DNA of 64,000 nt. It comes from Rhodanobacter sp. (lineage in GTDB: Bacteria > Pseudomonadota > Gammaproteobacteria > Xanthomonadales > Rhodanobacteraceae). The stretch is from the NCBI GenBank assembly GCA_024711345.1, contig JANJTA010000035.1, positions 328,170 to 392,169 on the forward strand. Reading direction: 5' to 3'. The notes beneath the pieces were generated by a model that made no database searches, was not told the DNA's origin, and saw only the letters and a program-made list of their open reading frames with translations. This document shows, piece after piece, positions 59,542-64,000 of this stretch; positions within the stretch are counted from its first letter, which is position 1, and each line of letters begins with the position of its first letter. Both the position numbers and the translations under genes were made by a program.

Positions 59542-61668
59542 ATGAGTCGCCGCCTGCTCGTCACCAACGCCCTTCCCTACGCCAACGGCCCGCTGCACAT
59601 GGGCCACCTGCTGGGCTACATCCAGGCCGACATCTGGGTGCGCGCGCAGCGGATGAGCGGCAACAAGGTGGTCTACGTGTGCGCCGACGACGCGCACGGC
59701 ACGCCGATCATGCTGGCCGCGGAGAAGGCCGGCATGACGCCCGAGGCCTTCATCGCCGGCATCCGCGAGGGCCACGAGGCCGACTTCGCCGCGTTCGGCG
59801 TGGCCTTCGACCAGTACCACAGCACCCATTCGGACGAGAACCGCGAGCTGTCGACGCTGATCTACACGCGGCTGCGCGACGGCGGCTACATCGCCAGGCG
59901 CAACATCCAGCAGCTGTTCGACCCCGACAAGCAGATGTTTCTGCCGGACCGCTACATCAAGGGTATCTGCCCCAACTGCGGCACGCCCGACCAGTACGGC
60001 GACAACTGCGAGCACTGCGGCGCCACCTACGCGCCCACCGACCTGATCAACCCCTACTCGGTGGTATCCGGCGCCACGCCGGTGCTGCGGGACTCGGAGC
60101 ACTACTTCTTCGAACTGGGCAAATTCGAGGGGCTGCTGCGCGACTGGTTCGCCGGCAAGCTCACCCACGGCAAGCCGGTGGCGAACAGCGGCGTCGCGGC
60201 GAAGCTGCGCGAATGGCTGGACGGCGGCCTGAAGGACTGGGACATCTCGCGCGACGCGCCCTACTTCGGCTTCCCGATCCCCGACGCGCCGGGCAAGTTC
60301 TTCTACGTGTGGCTGGACGCGCCGGTCGGCTACCTGGCCAGCTTCAAGGCGCTGTGCGAGCGCACCCGCCTAAAGTTCGACGACTTCCTCGCGCCTGACA
60401 GCAGCGCCGAGATGCACCACTTCATCGGCAAGGACATCATCAACTTCCACGGCCTGTTCTGGCCGGCGATGCTGCACGGCGCGCAGATGCGCGTGCCTAC
60501 CGCGCTGCACGTCAACGGCTACCTGACGGTGAACGGCGCCAAGATGTCCAAGTCGCGCGGCACCTTCATCCAGGCGCGCACCTACCTGGACGCCGGCCTG
60601 CACCCCGGCTTCCTGCGCTACTACTTCGCCAGCATGCTCAGCGACGCGCCGCTCGACGTGGACCTCGACCTCAAGGCGTTCGAGGAGCGCGTCAACTCGC
60701 ACCTGGTCGGCAAGTGGGTGAACATCGCCAGCCGCACCGCCGGCTTCGTGCACAAGTATTTCGGCGGCCGCCTGGCGCCGCAGTTCAGCGCGGAGGAAAC
60801 CGCGCTGTGGAACACCTTGCTGGAACACTACGACGGCATTGCCGCGCTGTACGACAGCGGCGATTTCGCCGAGGTCACCCGCCGCTTCGTGCTGATGGCC
60901 GACCTGGTCAACGGCCACATCGCCGCCAAGGCGCCGTGGGCGATGGCCAAGGACGAGAGCCGCCGCGACGAGCTGCATCAGGTGTGCTCGTTCGCGCTGA
61001 CCGCGTTCCGCCTGCTGACCGGCATGCTCAAGCCGATCCTGCCGATCACCGCGGCTGCCGCCGAACGGTTCCTGGCCGCGCCGATCGCCGACTTCGACGA
61101 CGCCCGCGCCGCCCTGCGCAACCACGCCATCAACACGTTCGAGCCGCTGCTCGGCCGCATCGACCCCAAGCGCATCGAGGCCATGGTCGAGGCCTCGAAG
61201 GATTCGCTGGGCACGCCGGCCGCCGCCCCCGCCGCCCCGAAAAAGAAGAAACCCGTGAACGACAGCCCGAAAGCCGCCGCGCCGAATCCCGGCTCCCAAC
61301 CGACGAATGCTGCGGCATCCGCGAGCCCCGCGTCCGCCACCGTCGGCATCGACGACTTCGCCCGGCTCGACCTGCGCGTGGGCAAGGTCATCGCCTGCGA
61401 GTTCGTCGACGGTTCGGACAAGCTGCTGCGCTTCGAGCTCGATGCCGGCGCACTGGGCACGCGGCAGATCTTCTCCGGCATCCGCGCCGCCTACGCCGAG
61501 CCGGAGAAACTGGTCGGCCGCAACGTGGTGTTCATCGCCAACCTGGCCCCGCGCAAGATGCGCTTCGGCCTGTCCGAAGGCATGATCCTCTCGGCCGGCG
61601 ACGGCGGCAGCGACCTGTTCCTGCTCGACGCCGACGCTGGCGCCAAGCCCGGCGCCAGCGTGCGTTGA
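59542..61668 (+). CDS. metG: methionine--tRNA ligase
   Basis: 708 aa. HIGH-type [11 protein letters not shown], Zn knuckles CPNCG...CEHCG, KMSKS, C-terminal tRNA-binding (EMAP/Trbp111-like) domain. Confidence 0.95.
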   Translation: MSRRLLVTNALPYANGPLHMGHLLGYIQADIWVRAQRMSGNKVVYVCADDAHGTPIMLAAEKAGMTPEAFIAGIREGHEADFAAFGVAFDQYHSTHSDENRELSTLIYTRLRDGGYIARRNIQQLFDPDKQMFLPDRYIKGICPNCGTPDQYGDNCEHCGATYAPTDLINPYSVVSGATPVLRDSEHYFFELGKFEGLLRDWFAGKLTHGKPVANSGVAAKLREWLDGGLKDWDISRDAPYFGFPIPDAPGKFFYVWLDAPVGYLASFKALCERTRLKFDDFLAPDSSAEMHHFIGKDIINFHGLFWPAMLHGAQMRVPTALHVNGYLTVNGAKMSKSRGTFIQARTYLDAGLHPGFLRYYFASMLSDAPLDVDLDLKAFEERVNSHLVGKWVNIASRTAGFVHKYFGGRLAPQFSAEETALWNTLLEHYDGIAALYDSGDFAEVTRRFVLMADLVNGHIAAKAPWAMAKDESRRDELHQVCSFALTAFRLLTGMLKPILPITAAAAERFLAAPIADFDDARAALRNHAINTFEPLLGRIDPKRIEAMVEASKDSLGTPAAAPAAPKKKKPVNDSPKAAAPNPGSQPTNAAASASPASATVGIDDFARLDLRVGKVIACEFVDGSDKLLRFELDAGALGTRQIFSGIRAAYAEPEKLVGRNVVFIANLAPRKMRFGLSEGMILSAGDGGSDLFLLDADAGAKPGASVR

Positions 61669-61705
61669 GCCACCCCTGGCGGACCGCGTCCGCCCTGATA
61701 CCGCG

Positions 61706-61996
61706 TTACTGCTTCGTATAGGTCACGAAGAAACCGACCAGGTCGCCGTTCTCGTTGTACGGCGCCATGTCCACGTAGCGGTAGCCGCGTGTCGCGTACT
61801 CGGCGTGCGACTTCGTGAGCTGGCTCGCCATGTGCTTCTTGCGGAAGCCGAGCGTGGCGTCGACGAACACCGTCACCGTGTCGCCGGAGACGCCGGGCGT
61901 CTCGGCCCGCGCCGAACCGGCGTGGGTCAGCAGGACCGAACCACCGGCACCGAGCACGGCGGCCAGCAACAGGGAAGCGAACAGCGACGGTTTCAT
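61706..61996 (-). CDS. small secreted protein, function unknown
   Basis: ATG 61996. Signal peptide [19 protein letters not shown]...ARA|E; 96 aa. Confidence 0.5.
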   Translation of the reverse strand: MKPSLFASLLLAAVLGAGGSVLLTHAGSARAETPGVSGDTVTVFVDATLGFRKKHMASQLTKSHAEYATRGYRYVDMAPYNENGDLVGFFVTYTKQ

Positions 61997-62068
61997 GGCA
62001 GCACTCCGACAGTTGATCCGCAATTGCGGGACAATGGGCGCCGATTATCGCCCGCCCCGCACCCGCGC

Positions 62069-62686
62069 ATGAGTGACCCCATCGCCATCCTGGCCGACCG
62101 CATCGACGCCCTGCTGCCGCAGACGCAGTGCGAGCAGTGCGGCTACCACGGCTGCCGACCCTATGCGGAGGCGATCGCGCGTGGCGAGGCGGCGATCAAC
62201 CGCTGCCCGCCCGGCGGCGCGGCCGGCATCGCGAAGCTGGCGGCATTGCTGGATCGGCCGGTGCTGCCGCTGGACCCCACCTGCGGCGTGGAGAAGCCGC
62301 GCATGCTGGCGCGCATCGTCGAAGCCGACTGCATCGGCTGCACCAAGTGCATCCAGGCCTGCCCGGTCGACGCCATCGTGGGCGCCTCGAAGCTGATGCA
62401 CAGCGTGCTGGCCGACGACTGCACCGGCTGCGAGCTGTGCGTGCCGGCCTGCCCCGTCGACTGCATCGTGCTCGAACCGATGCCACCGGAACAGATCGAT
62501 CAGGCGCACGCCGACGCGGCGCGCGGACACTTCCAGCGCCGCGAGGCGCGACTGGCACGCGAAGCGGCCGGGCGCGAGGCGGAACTGGCCGCGCGCAAGG
62601 CCGCGGTGGACACCGCCGCATCGAGCAACCCGGTGCTGGCTGCGCTGGCCCGCGCCAGGGCGAAACAGCAGGAACCAGAACCGTGA
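62069..62686 (+). CDS. rnfB: RnfB/RsxB-like ferredoxin (stand-alone)
   Basis: ATG 62069 within ORF 61805..62686. CxxCxxxxC...C putative Fe-S site ([12 protein letters not shown]...NRCPPGG) plus two 4Fe-4S ferredoxin motifs ([24 protein letters not shown]). Ala/Arg/Glu-rich tail. Confidence 0.82.
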   Translation: MSDPIAILADRIDALLPQTQCEQCGYHGCRPYAEAIARGEAAINRCPPGGAAGIAKLAALLDRPVLPLDPTCGVEKPRMLARIVEADCIGCTKCIQACPVDAIVGASKLMHSVLADDCTGCELCVPACPVDCIVLEPMPPEQIDQAHADAARGHFQRREARLAREAAGREAELAARKAAVDTAASSNPVLAALARARAKQQEPEP

Positions 62687-63318
62687 AGCGCGCCGACGTG
62701 ATCGAGCTGTTCACCCGCCTGCGCGAGCTGAACCCGCATCCCACCACCGAGCTCGCCTACTCCACCCCGTTCGAGCTGCTGGTGGCGGTGGTGCTCTCCG
62801 CGCAGGCCACCGACGTGGGCGTGAACAAGGCCACGAAAAAACTCTATCCGGTGGCGAACACGCCGCAGGCGATCCTCGCGCTGGGCGAGGAAGGGCTGAA
62901 GAAGTACATCAGCACCATCGGCCTGTTCAACGCCAAGGCGAAGAACGTGATTGCGCTGTGCCGGCTGCTGGTCGAGCAGCACGGCGGCGAGGTGCCGCGC
63001 ACGCGCGAAGCGCTGGAGGCGTTGCCCGGCGTGGGCCGCAAGACCGCCAACGTGATCCTCAACACCGCCTTCGGCGAGCCGACCATCGCGGTGGACACGC
63101 ACATCTTCCGCGTCGCCAACCGCACCGGCCTCGCCCCCGGCAAGGACGTGCGCGCGGTGGAGGACAAGCTGGAAAAAGTGGTGCCGGCCGAGTTCAAGCA
63201 CGACGCCCACCATTGGCTGATCCTGCACGGCCGCTACGTGTGCAAGGCGCGCAAGCCGGACTGCCCCCACTGCGCGATCCGCGACCTGTGCCGCTACAAG
63301 CACAAGACCGTGGAATAG
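62683..63318 (+). CDS. nth: endonuclease III
   Basis: GTG 62683, in a GTGA overlap with rnfB. Hh[17 protein letters not shown]; Fe-S loop [17 protein letters not shown]. Confidence 0.93.
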   Translation: MKRADVIELFTRLRELNPHPTTELAYSTPFELLVAVVLSAQATDVGVNKATKKLYPVANTPQAILALGEEGLKKYISTIGLFNAKAKNVIALCRLLVEQHGGEVPRTREALEALPGVGRKTANVILNTAFGEPTIAVDTHIFRVANRTGLAPGKDVRAVEDKLEKVVPAEFKHDAHHWLILHGRYVCKARKPDCPHCAIRDLCRYKHKTVE

Positions 63319-63349
63319 CGGGCGGAAACGCTCCCCCAGCTCGCTTTTT

Positions 63350-63490
63350 GCAGGAGCGCACTCGTGCGCGATGCTCTTGCGCCACGTGACGAAAAGCTCT
63401 GTAGGGCGGGCACTGCCCGCCGGCTTTTCGAACAAACGCGGCGGGCAGTGCCCGCCCTACGAAGCAAGAGCATCGCGAACCGGGATGCTC
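63350..63490. repeat. nested composite of two REP families
   Basis: Outer degenerate pair GCAGGAGCGCACTCGTGCGCGATGCTCTTGC (63350-63380) / GCAAGAGCATCGCGAACCGGGATGCTC (63465-63490). It encloses an inner inverted pair GTAGGGCGGGCACTGCCCGCC (63401-63421) / GGCGGGCAGTGCCCGCCCTAC (63440-63460). Confidence 0.8.
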
Positions 63491-63499
63491 GGCAGCCAA

Positions 63500-64000
63500 T
63501 CAGGCCGGCAACTGCGCCCGCTCCAACGCCGCGATGTGCCGTTCCAGCCGCGGCCCGAGATAGCAATGCGAGCCGCACGGCAGCAGCCCCACCTTGCCGA
63601 ACTCGCGCAGGTACCAGGCCGGCGCGCGCGAGACGAAACCGTGGTGGTCGCCGGCCACGTCATCACGGCTGGTGAAAACTTCCAGGAACGCCACGCCCTC
63701 CAGCATCTCGCCGATACCCTGCAGCCCGGCGCGGATCTCCGCCGGCTTCAGGTAATGCAGCACGTCGGTGCACACGATCAGGTCGAAGCGGGTGTCGAAG
63801 CGCAGCTGTTCCAGCTGGCCGAAACGGGCCAGGCCGATGCCGCGGCTGCGCCCGTAGCGCGCCACCACGTACTCGCTGGCGTCCAGCCCGCGATAGGCGA
63901 TGTCCGGCCGCAACGCGCGCAGCGGTGCGCGCCAGGTCGCCTCGCCGCAACCCACGTCGAGCACGTTGCGCACCGGCCGGCCCAGGTAGTACTCCGCCTG
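63500..64000 (-). CDS. class I SAM-dependent methyltransferase (5' end beyond window)
   Basis: ORF 63500..63973 has SAM motif I LDVGCGEATW. The reading frame stays open to the window edge (…YYLGRPVRNVLDVGCG), so the N-terminus is truncated. Confidence 0.75.
   Translation of the reverse strand, partial: QAEYYLGRPVRNVLDVGCGEATWRAPLRALRPDIAYRGLDASEYVVARYGRSRGIGLARFGQLEQLRFDTRFDLIVCTDVLHYLKPAEIRAGLQGIGEMLEGVAFLEVFTSRDDVAGDHHGFVSRAPAWYLREFGKVGLLPCGSHCYLGPRLERHIAALERAQLPA

Overview
GC-rich chromosomal core segment of a gammaproteobacterium, with third codon positions almost all G/C. Gene content and order look Xanthomonadales-like (yerC-hisGDCBHAF-IE, asd-fimV-truA-trpF, trpBA-accD, mtnBDC, dcd-apbC, rnfB-nth, a THX ribosomal protein); this taxonomic placement is inference only. 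I call 69 protein-coding genes, one of them truncated at the right edge. Most are housekeeping and many are translationally coupled through ATGA/GTGA overlaps. I saw no rRNA, tRNA, CRISPR array, IS/transposase, integrase or phage genes. Many long ORFs in the six-frame track are antisense or out-of-frame shadows of real genes, as expected in high-GC DNA, and are not called. Noncoding structure worth noting: (1) a GTAG-terminated REP family whose termini overlap the TAG stop codons of five genes, including one nested composite; (2) two 48-nt direct repeats, each carrying three DnaA-box-like 9-mers, downstream of accD; (3) an AT-rich island of about 300 nt with no credible ORF, next to a monocistronic HiPIP gene; (4) a near-consensus Zur box inside a zur - merC-like - CDF string. 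I found no clear-cut novel multi-gene system. The best candidates for follow-up are a tightly packed DUF853 (HerA-like) ATPase - polytopic membrane protein - greB operon, the DnaA-box repeat pair, the AT-rich island and the Zur/MerC-like arrangement. All family assignments come from motif and sequence recognition by eye; no database search was run. Start codons are my best choice and several are uncertain.
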